Assembly: GCA_963716255.1 (NCBI GenBank)
Contig: OY970303.1
Coordinates: 8,320,001-8,384,000 of the forward strand
Origin: an uncultured Gemmatimonadales bacterium
GTDB lineage: Bacteria > Gemmatimonadota > Gemmatimonadetes > Longimicrobiales > Longimicrobiaceae
Reading direction: 5' to 3'
DNA: 64,000 nucleotides
The notes under the pieces: generated by a model
The model's input: only the letters and a program-made list of their open reading frames with translations
Database searches by the model: none
What the model was told of the DNA's origin: nothing
Shown: positions 30,864 through 42,620 of the stretch, one piece after another
Layout: every line of letters starts with the position of its first letter
Numbering within the stretch: position 1 is the first letter of the stretch
Program-made: the position numbers and the translations under genes

Positions 30864-31219
30864 TCCGAGTGGTCCACCTGTTTGACGTCAGGCGCGGTGT
30901 CAACGAGCAGTCCTTCATCGAGTGGCTGGACGCGAAGCTGGACGTGGCCTCGCGGCAGTTCGGGTGCGTGGACCGCAAGACCTGGGCGCTGCTGGACGGG
31001 TTCGCCGGCAGCTACGCGAGCCCCCGGCCGGTCAAGGACCGGCCCAAGTACGTCAACGAGGCGTACTACACCGACATGGACGGCCCCAACCAGTTCCGCG
31101 AGTGGCTCACCGGTACGTCCGAGGGGCGGGAGGTGCACGACCGCTGGTTCAACTCCGTCGAGAACCACACCGTTTTACGGTATGTCGAAGGGTGGTCCAA
31201 GGTCGGTTCGGACGAGTAA
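30860..31219 (+). CDS. hypothetical protein (possible dimeric alpha/beta-barrel fold)
   Basis: ATGA overlap with sdhB, GGAGG RBS, typical codon bias. Confidence 0.75.
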   Translation: MIRVVHLFDVRRGVNEQSFIEWLDAKLDVASRQFGCVDRKTWALLDGFAGSYASPRPVKDRPKYVNEAYYTDMDGPNQFREWLTGTSEGREVHDRWFNSVENHTVLRYVEGWSKVGSDE

Positions 31220-31241
31220 GGCAACGGCAACGGAAGTGTCT

Positions 31242-31374
31242 GGGCGTGCCCCCGGCTGGCGCCGGGGTCGGGCTTCGGCTCCGTAAGCCCGCAAACAACG
31301 CGGGCTAACGGAGTCGAGCCCCGGCGGAAACAGCCCCGCCGGGTCCCGCCCATTCGGGCCGTAATCCCTCACGC
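31242..31374 (+). repeat. ~130-bp structured repeat, copy G
   Basis: Central stem AGCCCGC/GCGGGCT. Confidence 0.95.
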
Positions 31375-31390
31375 GATCCGGAAGACGGCC

Positions 31391-31939
31391 ATGATCCTCC
31401 GACGACTACTTGTACTTGCGGCAGTCATGGCGACGGTGGAGTCCGGCTGCTCGCCGTCGCGCCCCGCCTTTCGGCCCACGGCCACGCCCACGGCACGGGA
31501 GCACGACCGCGCCCTGGCGCTCCTCATGACGACGGACGTGTTCGCCGACGGTCACGTGGGCATCGACGGCGCGCCATCGGAGCAAGCGATGGCCTTCTAC
31601 GTCGTCCTGCACTCCCCACGTGCTGCGGCCTCCTTCACCGCTCTCGTCGAAAACGGAAGCCTTCCCGGAAAGCTCTATGGGCTCAGCGGGCTCTATCTCA
31701 CCGACCGGAGGGCGTTCAAGCGCTCAGCCGAGCCATTCCGCGCGAGTACCGACACGGTGCCGACGTACTCCGGATGCATCGGGGGATGGGGTTCGGTCGC
31801 GAGCTTGGTGTCGAGCCGCTACGCAATGAGGATTCACGAGCCCGTCGACCTGCCGACGGTGTGGCAGCAGATGACGGGGACGTGCGACATCGCCGGGGGG
31901 TGCTATCCATATAGCTTCGCCTCGATCTTCGCCCGGTAG
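31391..31939 (+). CDS. hypothetical exported/lipoprotein-like protein with atypical codon usage
   Basis: Hydrophobic N-terminus ending SGC; more A/T-ending codons than neighbouring genes. Confidence 0.6.
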   Translation: MILRRLLVLAAVMATVESGCSPSRPAFRPTATPTAREHDRALALLMTTDVFADGHVGIDGAPSEQAMAFYVVLHSPRAAASFTALVENGSLPGKLYGLSGLYLTDRRAFKRSAEPFRASTDTVPTYSGCIGGWGSVASLVSSRYAMRIHEPVDLPTVWQQMTGTCDIAGGCYPYSFASIFAR

Positions 31940-32043
31940 CCGCCCGGGGACGAACGCCCCACGACCGCAGCGGACGCACGCGAAAAGAGCCGGCCCCGCT
32001 GACGCGGAGCCGGCTCGCTCGTTCACCGGCCGGAGCCGGGGCA

Positions 32044-32076
32044 GTTCTCCCCCTCTCCCGCTTGCGGGGGAGGGGG
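32044..32076. repeat. secondary palindromic module CCCTCTCCCGCTTGCGGGGGAGGG
   Basis: Related to 55968-56021 and 25970-26015. Confidence 0.75.
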
Positions 32077-32085
32077 CCCGCCGTC

Positions 32086-32213
32086 GCGTGAGGGATTTCG
32101 GCCCGAAGGGGCGAGACCCCGCGCAGTTTGCGGGGGCTCGACTCCGTTACGCACGGTTGTTTCGTGCGTTACGGAGCCGAAGCCCGACCCCGGCGCCAGC
32201 CGGGGGCACGCCC
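32086..32213 (-). repeat. ~130-bp structured repeat, copy H
   Basis: Reverse-complement copy, nearly identical to copy F. Confidence 0.95.
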
Positions 32214-32239
32214 AACCCTGCCGTATCCAGCAGTTGCCG

Positions 32240-33015
32240 TCAGGTGGTCTGCTTGTACAGGATCGCCTTCTTGACCTCGCCGATGGCCTGCGTGATCCGG
32301 ATCTCGCGCGGGCACGCCTCGGTGCAGTTGAAGATGGTGCGGCAGCGCCAGACACCCTCGCGGCTGTTCAGCCGCTCCAGCCGCTCCCCCGCCCCCTGGT
32401 CGCGCGAGTCGAAGATGAAGCGGTGCGCGTTGACGATGGCCGCCGGCCCCACGAACTCCTCGTTGGCCCAGAACGACGGGCACGAGGTGGTGCACGCCGC
32501 GCACAGGATGCACTTGGTGGTGTCGTCGAAGCGCTCCCGGTCCTCCACCGACTGCAGGCGCTCCCGCGTGGGCGGGCGCGCGTCGTTGATCATGAACGGC
32601 AGCACGGAGCGGTACTGCGCGAAGAACGGCTCCATGTCCACCACCATGTCCTTGATGATGCGGAAGCCCATCAGCGGCTCCACCGTCACCACGTCGCCCA
32701 GGTCCTTCATCAGCACCTTGCAGGCGAGGCGGTTGACGCCGTTGATGCGCATGGCGTCCGACCCGCACACCCCGTGGGCGCAGGAGCGCCGGTAGGTGAG
32801 CGTCCCGTCCTGGTACCACTTGATCTGGTTCAGCGCGTCCAGGACGCGGTCCGTGGGCTCCACCTGCACCGCGTAGTCGCGCAGCGCCGGCTCCCGGTCC
32901 GTTTCCGGGTTGAAGCGGAGCACGCGGATGGTCACCCCGCGCGTCGCCGCCCCGGTGCCTTTGCCCGGAGTTCCAGCCAAGGCCGGGGCCCTCTGGAGAG
33001 TCGCCGTCTGCGCCA

Positions 33016-33016
<1 letters not shown>
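32240..33016 (-). CDS. sdhB: succinate dehydrogenase iron-sulfur subunit (second operon)
   Basis: RRSCAHGVCGSD, CILCAACTTSCP, CRTIFNCTEACP. Confidence 0.95.
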
Positions 33017-34751
<1,735 letters not shown>

Positions 34752-34755
<4 letters not shown>

Positions 34756-35186
34756 CGGTTGATCAGGGTGGCGGGGTCGAAGGTGAGCAGCGCGAACACC
34801 GCCACGATCATCGCCCCCAGCACCAGCGTGTAGACGAGGGACTTGACCACCAGCTGCAGGCCCGGGCGCCGGACGTAGTCCTCGATGGAGTACCGCGCGC
34901 CGTTCAGCCCGTGCAGCATGGCGAACAGGACCAGCGCCACGTTGAAGAGGCGCCAGAAGGGGTTGTTCCAGCGCTCGATCACCACCTGCGAGTCCAGGTG
35001 CTCCACCCCGATCACCAGGTTCCACCACACCAGGTGGTAGAGCGACAGGAAGATCAGGACCAGCCCCGACATGCGCATGAAGAACCAGGAGAGCAGCTCG
35101 AAGTTGCCGCGGGTCGCTCCCGGCTTCCGGTACCCGCCGCCCGGGCGGGCGGCGCCGCGCTCGGCCACCTGCGCGGGGGCGCTCAC
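34752..35186 (-). CDS. sdhD: succinate dehydrogenase hydrophobic anchor
   Basis: WFFMRMSG, HGLNG..IEDY, three TM helices; GTG start. Confidence 0.88.
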
Positions 35187-35695
35187 AGCGACACCTCGCC
35201 GGCGGCGATGGAGCCCTCGGCCGGGCGGCCGTCCTCCACGCACGCGGGGGCATCCGGGAACTCCGCGCAGCGCTGCCGGTGCCGCTCCACGCCCGGCTCC
35301 TGCGCCAGCCCGAACATGGGCGCCATCATCATCCAGGTGACGGGGAGCATGGCGAGCACCACCACCACGGCCGAGGCCCACACCAGCTGCCGCTGGCGCT
35401 GCATCACCAGCGGCCAGAAGTCCTGCACGATGATGCGCGTGCCGTTGACGGCGTGGAAGAGAACGGAAAAGAAGATCACCAGCTCGGCGAAGCGGAAGAG
35501 CCCCGTCTTGTAGCCGACCAGGAACTTGTCGTAGACCTCAGGGAAGTAGATGACGGTGGCGGTCTCCACCACGTGGATGAGGAGGAAGAGCAGGATGCCC
35601 AGCCCCGTCAGCCGGTGGAGGATCCACGTCCACATCCCCTCTCGCCCGCGGTAGCGGAGCGAATTGCCGAGGGAGGTGCGCCGCGCGTTGGCCAT
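35183..35695 (-). CDS. sdhC: succinate dehydrogenase cytochrome b556 subunit
   Basis: YRGREGMWTWILHRLTG, FHAVNGTRII..DFW. Confidence 0.9.
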   Translation of the reverse strand: MANARRTSLGNSLRYRGREGMWTWILHRLTGLGILLFLLIHVVETATVIYFPEVYDKFLVGYKTGLFRFAELVIFFSVLFHAVNGTRIIVQDFWPLVMQRQRQLVWASAVVVVLAMLPVTWMMMAPMFGLAQEPGVERHRQRCAEFPDAPACVEDGRPAEGSIAAGEVSL

Positions 35696-35781
35696 GATGC
35701 AGTCTCCGGGGAAACGGTAGAGCACACTTCACAAACGCGGCGCGCCCCGGGGACCGGGGCGCGCCGCTGGGCTTCGAGAGA

Positions 35782-36702
35782 TCAGACCAGGCTCATCGGC
35801 TCGCGGACCGCCTCGGCCGACTTTTCCAGCTCGGCCCGCTCCGCCTCGGTCAGCTCCACCTCGATCACCTTCTCCAGCCCGTTCCGCCCCAGCTTGCAGG
35901 GGACGCCCAGGAACAGGTCCTTCATCCCGTACTCGCCCTGGAGCCACGCGGCGCAGGGGAGGATGCGCTTCTTGTCCTTGACGATCGCCTCGGCCATCTG
36001 CACCGCGCCCGCGGAGGGGGCGTAGTAGGCGGAGCCGGTCTTGAGGTACTTGACGATCTCCGCGCCGCCGTTGCGGGTCCGGTCCACGATCGCGTCCAGC
36101 GTCGCCCGGTCCATCAGCTGGGTGACGGGGATCCCGGAGATGGTGGTGTAGGAGATCAAGGGAACCATCGTATCGCCGTGCCCGCCCAGCACCATCGCCT
36201 GGATGTCCTCCACCGACACGTCCAGCGACTCGGCGATGAACGAGCGGTAGCGGGCGGTGTCCAGCACCCCCGCCATGCCGATCACCCGCTCGCGGGGGAA
36301 GCCGGAAGCCTTCATCGCCACGTAGCACATCACGTCCAGCGGGTTGCTGACCATGATGATGATGGCGTCGGGCGACACGCGGGCGATCTGCTCCGACACC
36401 TGGCGGACGATGCCCGCGTTGGTGGTCAGCAGGTCGTCGCGGCTCATCCCCGGCTTGCGGGCGATGCCGGCGGTGACGATGTAGATGCCGGATCCGGCCG
36501 ACTCCTCGTAGCCGTTGGTCCCGATCACGCGCGAGTCGAAGCCCTCGATGGGCGCGGACTCCCACTGGTCGAGCCCCTTGCCCTGCGGGATCCCCTCGGC
36601 GATGTCGATGAGGACGACCTTGCGGGCGAGCTCCTTCTCGGCGACGCGCTGCGCCGCGGTGGCGCCCACGTTGCCCGCGCCGACGACGGTGATCTTGTCC
36701 AT
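35782..36702 (-). CDS. mdh: malate dehydrogenase (LDH-like)
   Basis: [36 protein letters not shown]. Confidence 0.96.
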   Translation of the reverse strand: MDKITVVGAGNVGATAAQRVAEKELARKVVLIDIAEGIPQGKGLDQWESAPIEGFDSRVIGTNGYEESAGSGIYIVTAGIARKPGMSRDDLLTTNAGIVRQVSEQIARVSPDAIIIMVSNPLDVMCYVAMKASGFPRERVIGMAGVLDTARYRSFIAESLDVSVEDIQAMVLGGHGDTMVPLISYTTISGIPVTQLMDRATLDAIVDRTRNGGAEIVKYLKTGSAYYAPSAGAVQMAEAIVKDKKRILPCAAWLQGEYGMKDLFLGVPCKLGRNGLEKVIEVELTEAERAELEKSAEAVREPMSLV

Positions 36703-36765
36703 GTATCCGGAAGGCTGAAGTGTGTATCTGCCTATAAACCGCGGTTCCCCTTCGGTTCGCGCGGG

Positions 36766-36794
36766 AAGTTAGACGGGCGCCCCCCCGGTGTCAA
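36766..36794 (-). promoter_or_regulatory. sigma70-type promoter for mdh-sdhCDAB
   Basis: TTGACA-17 nt-TAACTT. Confidence 0.65.
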
Positions 36795-36905
36795 CGGAAG
36801 GAGACGCCCCGGTTACGCATTTGTTTCGGGGCCCCGGAACCCGGCATCCTTGCACGATTTCACGGAGGATCCGAAGTTGGGAACGACTCGAACGGGGAGG
36901 TCGAG

Positions 36906-37454
36906 ATGAACAGCGCGAGCGATGGGCCGGTGACCGCGGATCAGCTCCTTCACATGCCCGAGCGGGTCTCCCGGCTGGAGCTCGTCCGGGGCCGCGTGAA
37001 AAGGCGGCCGTTCAGGGGGGCGATGGAGGGGCGGCTGGGCGCTGCGCTGGCCGTCCGGCTGCACCAGCACGTCGAGCGATGCGACCTCGGGACCGTCTAC
37101 GCCGCCGGCACCGGCTTCCTGCTCGCCAGCGGGCCGGACACGGTGCTCGCGCCGGCCCTGGCCTTCGTTCGTCATGGAAGACCCGATGCGGCCTCCGAGG
37201 GATTTCCCGCCGGCGCTCCCGACCTGGCCGTCGAAATCGCTTCGTCCGACGACACGGCGGCGGCGGCGGAGGAGAGGGCGCGGACGTGGCTCGGCGCCGG
37301 CGCCGGGATGGTCCTGTGCGCGGATCCCTGGAAGCGCCGGGTGACCGTCTACCGCTTCCGCGACGACATCCGCGTGCTCGGCGAGGACGGCGTGCTCGAC
37401 GGCGGCGACGTGGTGCCGGGGTGGAGCATGCAGGTCGGAGAGCTGTTCGACTAG
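36906..37454 (+). CDS. Uma2 family (PD-(D/E)xK fold) endonuclease-like protein
   Basis: RLELVRG, GTGFLL, APDLAVEIAS, LDGGDVVPGW. Confidence 0.85.
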   Translation: MNSASDGPVTADQLLHMPERVSRLELVRGRVKRRPFRGAMEGRLGAALAVRLHQHVERCDLGTVYAAGTGFLLASGPDTVLAPALAFVRHGRPDAASEGFPAGAPDLAVEIASSDDTAAAAEERARTWLGAGAGMVLCADPWKRRVTVYRFRDDIRVLGEDGVLDGGDVVPGWSMQVGELFD

Positions 37455-37918
37455 CGCCCCCCCGGGAACCCCACCTGCCGGAGCGCCTCGTACAGCGCGA
37501 TCCCCACCGAGGTGGACAGGTTCAGCGAGCGCGTCTCCGGGCGCATGGGAATGCGCAGCGCGCGCTCCGGCGCCGCGGCCAGGATGGAATCCGGGAGCCC
37601 CCGCGACTCCGGCCCGAAGAGCAGCACGTCGCCCGGGGCGAACTCCGCCTCCCACAGCCCGCGCTCCGTGCGCGTGGTGAACGCCCAGATCCGCCGCCCC
37701 GCCACCTCCCCCGCGAAGTCGTCCCACGCCACGTGCACGCGGTACTCCACGTGCTGCCAGTAGTCCATCAGCGCCCGCTTCGCCTTGGGGTGCGTGAAGG
37801 AAAAGCCCAGCTTTCCCACCAGGTGCAGCGGGGCTCCGGCCGCGCCGCAGGTTCGCGCGACGGCGCCCGCGTTCCCGGGGATCTCCGGCTCGTACAGCGC
37901 GACGTGGATGGGCTCCAT
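37451..37918 (-). CDS. trmL: tRNA (cytidine/uridine-34 2'-O)-methyltransferase
   Basis: LYEPEIPGNAG, LLFGPESRGLP, IPM...RSLNLS SPOUT motifs. Confidence 0.92.
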   Translation of the reverse strand: MEPIHVALYEPEIPGNAGAVARTCGAAGAPLHLVGKLGFSFTHPKAKRALMDYWQHVEYRVHVAWDDFAGEVAGRRIWAFTTRTERGLWEAEFAPGDVLLFGPESRGLPDSILAAAPERALRIPMRPETRSLNLSTSVGIALYEALRQVGFPGGR

Positions 37919-38098
37919 TCCCGGCACGGTGGTGGGTTTCGGGGTCGACAGGGCGCTCCGGGCCCAAAGCTGGACTCCCGGCCGCCGCCCGACAAGTGGC
38001 CGCCGCGGGGGATGGGTGGTTCTACCCATCCCGCGGGAGCCGCCGCGCATTATCTTGTTGCGGCACCCCCCGGCCGAAGCACCCCACCCCCGAGATCG

Positions 38099-38719
38099 AT
38101 GCAGCGCATCCTCCTGGTCGAAGACAACGCGGACCTCGCGGACGGCCTCCAGCGCAACCTGGAGGTGGAGGGATACGAGGTGCGGACCGCCTTCCGCGCC
38201 GCCGAGGCGCTGGCGCTCGCGGCCCACGAGGAGCACGACCTGGTCGTCCTGGACCTGGGGCTCCCCGACATGGACGGCTTCCAGGTGCTCCAGCAGCTGC
38301 GCGCCCGCGGCTCGCAGAAGCCCGTGCTGATCCTTTCCGCGCGCAGCCTGGAGACCGAGAAGGTGGAGGGCTTCCGCCTGGGCGCGGACGACTACGTCAC
38401 CAAGCCGTTCGGCGTGCTGGAGCTGCTGGCCCGGGTGGCCGCGCTCATGCGCCGCGCCCGCGTCGCCTCCGACGCGGCGGTGGGCACCGCCGACGGGCCG
38501 GCGGAGCTGAGCGACGAGGCGCTGCGCGAGCGCTACGGGCTGACCAAACGGCAGATCGCCGTCGCGCGGCTGCTGGGCGAGGGGTGCACCAACACCGAGA
38601 TCGCCGAGCGGCTCTGCGTCAGCGCCTTCACCGCGCGCAACCACACCGAGCAGGTCCTCGGCAAGCTGGGCGTCTCCGCGCGGGCGCGGGTGGGCGCCAT
38701 CCTGCGCGGGCGCGGCTGA
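38099..38719 (+). CDS. response regulator (receiver + LuxR-type HTH)
   Basis: ILLVED, LDLGLP, GADDYVTKPF; LTKRQ..VARLL.EG.TN.EIA.RL. Confidence 0.9.
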   Translation: MQRILLVEDNADLADGLQRNLEVEGYEVRTAFRAAEALALAAHEEHDLVVLDLGLPDMDGFQVLQQLRARGSQKPVLILSARSLETEKVEGFRLGADDYVTKPFGVLELLARVAALMRRARVASDAAVGTADGPAELSDEALRERYGLTKRQIAVARLLGEGCTNTEIAERLCVSAFTARNHTEQVLGKLGVSARARVGAILRGRG

Positions 38720-38721
38720 CG

Positions 38722-40419
38722 GTGCGCGCCGCGGGCCGGCGCCGGGCCTCGCGGCGCTTCCCCAACTGGCGCTTCGCCTTCGTCACCGGCTCGCTGGTGG
38801 GGACCATGGTCCTCGCCGCGGGCGCCGCGTACGGCATCCACCGCTCCTGGCGCGACCACGAGCGCGCGGTGCGCGAGTCGCTGGACGAGTACGCGCGCTA
38901 CGCCGGCCGCACCTTCGGCGACGAGGTGATCCACGCCTCCGGCGACATGCGCCTGCGCGCGCACGCCGTGGTCTTCGGGAACCCCGCGCCCTCCCCGGGC
39001 GGCGCCATGCCGCTGGCCGTCTTCGCCGGGCGCGCGGGAGCCGCGCTGGACGACGCCGGCCTGCGGGGCGACCCCTGGCGCGGCTACTTCCGCATCGCCC
39101 CGGCGGACGGGCCGCTGGAGGCCGCCGGCGCGGCGCTCCGCCCGGAGCTGGCGCGCGCCATCGCCGCCGCGGTGGCCGCGCGGCTCCCCGCCCTGCGGCG
39201 CGAGGACGAGCCCGCGATCGCGCACGTCTTCCTGGGCCCCGAGCCGGTCACCATCACCTTCGCGCGGCAGCTCACCGCCGCGGGCGAGACCGCCGGCGTG
39301 CTGGGAACCACCCAGTCGCGGCGGCTGGCCCTCGGCGTGGTCGCAAGCCGCGCCCTGCTGCGCATCCCCCTCCTCCCGCCCTCCTTCATCTCGCCGGAGT
39401 GGCGCTACGGGCGCGACCTGGCCCGCAGCGACTCGGTCGTGTCCGTGGTGATGCTGGACCACCAGGGGCGCGTCCTGTTCCGCTCGCCGCGGCAGTTCGA
39501 CTCCCCGGTCCGCGGCCGCTTCGTCTTCAACACCCACCCGGGCGGCTTCGTCGTCCGCACCGCGCTCGACCCGGCGGTGGTGGAGCGGATCACGCGCGCC
39601 CACCGTCCGGAGGAGCAGCGCCGCCTCTTCCTGCTGCTCCCGGTGGTGTCCATCCTCCTGGCCGCCAGCGCCATCGTCAACCTCACGCGCGAGCGGGAGC
39701 TGGTGCGCGCGCGTCGCGACTTCGTGGCCAGCGTCTCCCACGAGCTGCGCACGCCGCTGGCGCAGATCCGCATGTTCAGCGAGACGCTGCTGCTGGGGCG
39801 CGAGCGCTCGGTGGAGGAGCGCAGCCGCTGGGTGGGCGTCATCCACCGCGAAGCGCGCCGCCTGGGCGACCTGGTGGAGAACGTGCTCCTCTTCTCGCAC
39901 CTGGAGGGGCCCGGCCTGCGGCTCGCCCGGGAGCCCACCGGCCTGGAGGAATTGCTGGAGGAAGTCGCCGAGGTGTACGCCCCCTTCGCCGCCGCGCGCG
40001 GGGCCCGCCTGGTGACCGACGTGTGGACGGACTCGCCCGCCGACGTGGACCCGCGCGCCATCCGGCAGGTGGTGGTGAACCTGCTGGACAACGCCCTCAA
40101 GTACGGGCCGCAGGGACAGGCCATCACCCTGGGGCTGCACCCCGGCGGTCCCGGGCGGGTGCTCCTTTCCGTGGCGGACCAGGGGCCGGGCGTGCCGGCC
40201 GCGGACCGGGAGCGGCTGTGGGAGCCGTTCGTGCGCCTGGACGACCGCGACGGCTATTCGGGCGGGAGCGGGCTGGGGCTGGCGGTGGTGCACAGCATCG
40301 TGGCGCAGCACGGCGGTCAGGTGCGCGTGGAGGACGCGGCGGGCGGCGGAGCGAAGTTCGTGGTGGATCTTCCGTTGGCGGGCGTGTCCCCGGGTGAGGT
40401 TGCGGTGCAGGCAGGGTGA
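38722..40419 (+). CDS. membrane sensor histidine kinase
   Basis: Two TM segments, VSHELRTPL, NLLDNALKY, DQGPG, GSGLGL; start approximate. Confidence 0.9.
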   Translation: MRAAGRRRASRRFPNWRFAFVTGSLVGTMVLAAGAAYGIHRSWRDHERAVRESLDEYARYAGRTFGDEVIHASGDMRLRAHAVVFGNPAPSPGGAMPLAVFAGRAGAALDDAGLRGDPWRGYFRIAPADGPLEAAGAALRPELARAIAAAVAARLPALRREDEPAIAHVFLGPEPVTITFARQLTAAGETAGVLGTTQSRRLALGVVASRALLRIPLLPPSFISPEWRYGRDLARSDSVVSVVMLDHQGRVLFRSPRQFDSPVRGRFVFNTHPGGFVVRTALDPAVVERITRAHRPEEQRRLFLLLPVVSILLAASAIVNLTRERELVRARRDFVASVSHELRTPLAQIRMFSETLLLGRERSVEERSRWVGVIHREARRLGDLVENVLLFSHLEGPGLRLAREPTGLEELLEEVAEVYAPFAAARGARLVTDVWTDSPADVDPRAIRQVVVNLLDNALKYGPQGQAITLGLHPGGPGRVLLSVADQGPGVPAADRERLWEPFVRLDDRDGYSGGSGLGLAVVHSIVAQHGGQVRVEDAAGGGAKFVVDLPLAGVSPGEVAVQAG

Positions 40420-40443
40420 ACGACTACGGCAAACGGCGGGCTC

Positions 40444-40572
40444 GGGCGTGCCCCCGGCTGGCGCCGGGGTCGGGCTTCGGCTCCGTAGGGCTGCAAACAA
40501 CGCAGCCCAACGGAGTCGAGCCCCGCGAAACGGCCCGCGGGTCTCGCCCCTTCGGGCCGTAATCCCTCACGC
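40444..40572 (+). repeat. ~130-bp structured repeat, copy I
   Basis: Central stem GGGCTGC/GCAGCCC. Confidence 0.95.
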
Positions 40573-40645
40573 GGGGCCCGCGCTGGCGTCCGCGGGAGGC
40601 CCCCCCCCGGAGGGTGGGCGAGTGCTCTTGCGAGTCCCTTGGGGG

Positions 40646-40685
40646 TTCGCACCGCCGGAAGAGCCTCCCCCGGCCGGCCCCATAC
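40646..40685 (+). repeat. tertiary 40-bp repeat module
   Basis: Matches 3189-3228. Confidence 0.8.
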
Positions 40686-40800
40686 CCGGAGTCAGCCGCA
40701 GCACGTGCCGTGGATCCCTGCTGGCAGCTGGGCGCCAGACGCATCGGGGGGCGGGAGCCGTTCAGCCCCCGCCCCCGATCTCACTGCTTCGCCGGCCCGC

Positions 40801-41856
40801 TCAGCCCCCCACCTGCGACAGCGCCAGCAGCCCCCCGCTCCCCGCGTCGCTCCCCTGCACCAGCCAGTGCCGCTCCGGCTTGATGCGCAGCGTCTCGCGC
40901 ACCAGCGGCTCCAGCGGCTCGCCGCGCCGCAGCGGCCCCCGCAGGTCCGTCTGCACGTGGCCGAAGAGGCACGGGCGGAGCTGGCCGTCCGCGGTGAGGC
41001 GCATGCGGTTGCACGTCCCGCAGTAGTTGTGGCTCATGGGAGTGATCACGCCCACGGTGCCCGCCGCGCCGGGCAGCGCATAGTACCGGGCGGGGCCGTT
41101 GCCCCGGGGCCCCGCCACCAGCTGGAGGTCGCCCACGCGGGAGATGCGCTCCAGCATCTCGTCCGAGGACACGTAGTCGTCCTGCGACACGCCCAGGTTC
41201 TCGCCGGTGGGCATCACCTCGATGAAGCGGACGTGCCAGGGGCGCTCGCGCGTGGCCGCGGCGAAGTCCGCCACCTCGTCGTCGTTGCGGCCGCGCATCA
41301 CCACGCAGTTGATCTTGATGGGCGCGAACCCCGCGCGCTCCGCCGCTTCGATGCCGGCGAAGATCGCCGCCGCCGAGCCGGCGCGCCGCGAGATCGCGTC
41401 GATCCGCTCCGGGCGCAGCGAGTCCAGCGACACGTTCACCCGGTCCACGCCCGCCTCGCGCAGCTCGTCCGCCACCTCCGCGAGCAGCACCGCGTTGGTG
41501 GAGAGCGCCAGGTCCTCGATCTCCGGCACCGCGCGGATCAGCCGCACCAGCCGCGGCAGGTCGCGCCGCACCAGCGGCTCCCCGCCCGTGAGCCGCACCC
41601 GCCGCAGCCCCATCCCCGCCATGACCCGCACCACCTCCGCGATCTCCTCGTAGCGCAGGATCTCCTCGCGGCGCAGCCACGGGAGCCCCTCCTCCGGCAT
41701 GCAGTACACGCAGCGGAGGTTGCACTTGTCCGTCACCGAGACGCGCAGGTACTCCACCCGCCGCCCGAAGCCGTCCTGCATGGGGCCGGCGTCGGGCACC
41801 TCGCGGCGCTCCGGCTGCGGGAACACCCCGCCGATCCTCACCAGCGGGCCGCTCAC
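40801..41856 (-). CDS. moaA: GTP 3',8-cyclase
   Basis: CNLRCVYC radical SAM, CGTCNRMRLTADG...PCL, C-terminal GG. Confidence 0.95.
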   Translation of the reverse strand: MSGPLVRIGGVFPQPERREVPDAGPMQDGFGRRVEYLRVSVTDKCNLRCVYCMPEEGLPWLRREEILRYEEIAEVVRVMAGMGLRRVRLTGGEPLVRRDLPRLVRLIRAVPEIEDLALSTNAVLLAEVADELREAGVDRVNVSLDSLRPERIDAISRRAGSAAAIFAGIEAAERAGFAPIKINCVVMRGRNDDEVADFAAATRERPWHVRFIEVMPTGENLGVSQDDYVSSDEMLERISRVGDLQLVAGPRGNGPARYYALPGAAGTVGVITPMSHNYCGTCNRMRLTADGQLRPCLFGHVQTDLRGPLRRGEPLEPLVRETLRIKPERHWLVQGSDAGSGGLLALSQVGG

Positions 41857-42302
41857 CGCGCCCCCTCCTCCACCCGCGGCGCGAAGCCCGGGACCCACTC
41901 CGAGTCCCCGTCCACGTACCCCTCCCGCTTCCACACCGGCACCCGCTGCTTCAGCTCCTCGATCACGTAGCGCGACGCCTCGTACGCCTCCGCGCGGTGC
42001 GGCGCCGCCACCACGATGGCCACGCTCGCCTCCCCCACCTCCAGCCGCCCCACCCGGTGCACCACCGCGATCTCGCCGGTGCCCCAGCGCGCGCGCGCCT
42101 CCGCCGCGATCTCCGCCAGCTTCGCCTCCGCCATGGGCGCGTACGCCTCGTATTCCAGGTGGCTCACCGCCCGCCCGCCGTGCTCGTCGCGCACCACGCC
42201 CCAGAAGAGCAGCGCCGCCCCGTCCGACGGGGCGACCGCGTCGCGGAGCAGCGCGGCGGCATCGAGGGGGTCGCGGGTGACTCGGAAGGCGGACACCCTC
42301 AC
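41853..42302 (-). CDS. moaE: molybdopterin synthase catalytic subunit
   Basis: LEYEAY, HRVGRL, PHR, LKQRVPVWKRE. Confidence 0.95.
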   Translation of the reverse strand: MRVSAFRVTRDPLDAAALLRDAVAPSDGAALLFWGVVRDEHGGRAVSHLEYEAYAPMAEAKLAEIAAEARARWGTGEIAVVHRVGRLEVGEASVAIVVAAPHRAEAYEASRYVIEELKQRVPVWKREGYVDGDSEWVPGFAPRVEEGAR

Positions 42303-42544
42303 CCTCCCGCCACCGGGGGGATGAACGCCACCTCGTCGCCGTCGCGGAGCGCCGTGGAGAGCGGGGCGTACTCCAGGTTCACGGCCACCGCGGGAGCGGC
42401 GGGAAGCGCCGCCAGCCCGGGGCGGGAGCCGCGCAGCTCGCGCACCAGGTCCGCCACGGTCGCCGACGCGGGAAGCTCCACCAGCAGCTCGTCGGCGCCG
42501 GCAAGCTCGCGGTAGGTGGCGAAGAACAGGGAGCGTACGGTCAT
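42299..42544 (-). CDS. moaD: molybdopterin synthase sulfur carrier
   Basis: FFA.YRE, AVN, DGDEVAFIPPVAGG. Confidence 0.95.
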   Translation of the reverse strand: MTVRSLFFATYRELAGADELLVELPASATVADLVRELRGSRPGLAALPAAPAVAVNLEYAPLSTALRDGDEVAFIPPVAGG

Positions 42545-42620
42545 GGAAGCACGGGAACGGGCGGGACAGCAGGAGCCTCTGCTACCCCGCCCTTTCCCGC
42601 AGGTTCGGAGTGCCGCCCAA

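Noticed and set aside
31230..31390. Target-site duplications around the repeat
   Set aside because: No consistent direct repeats flank the copies by eye.
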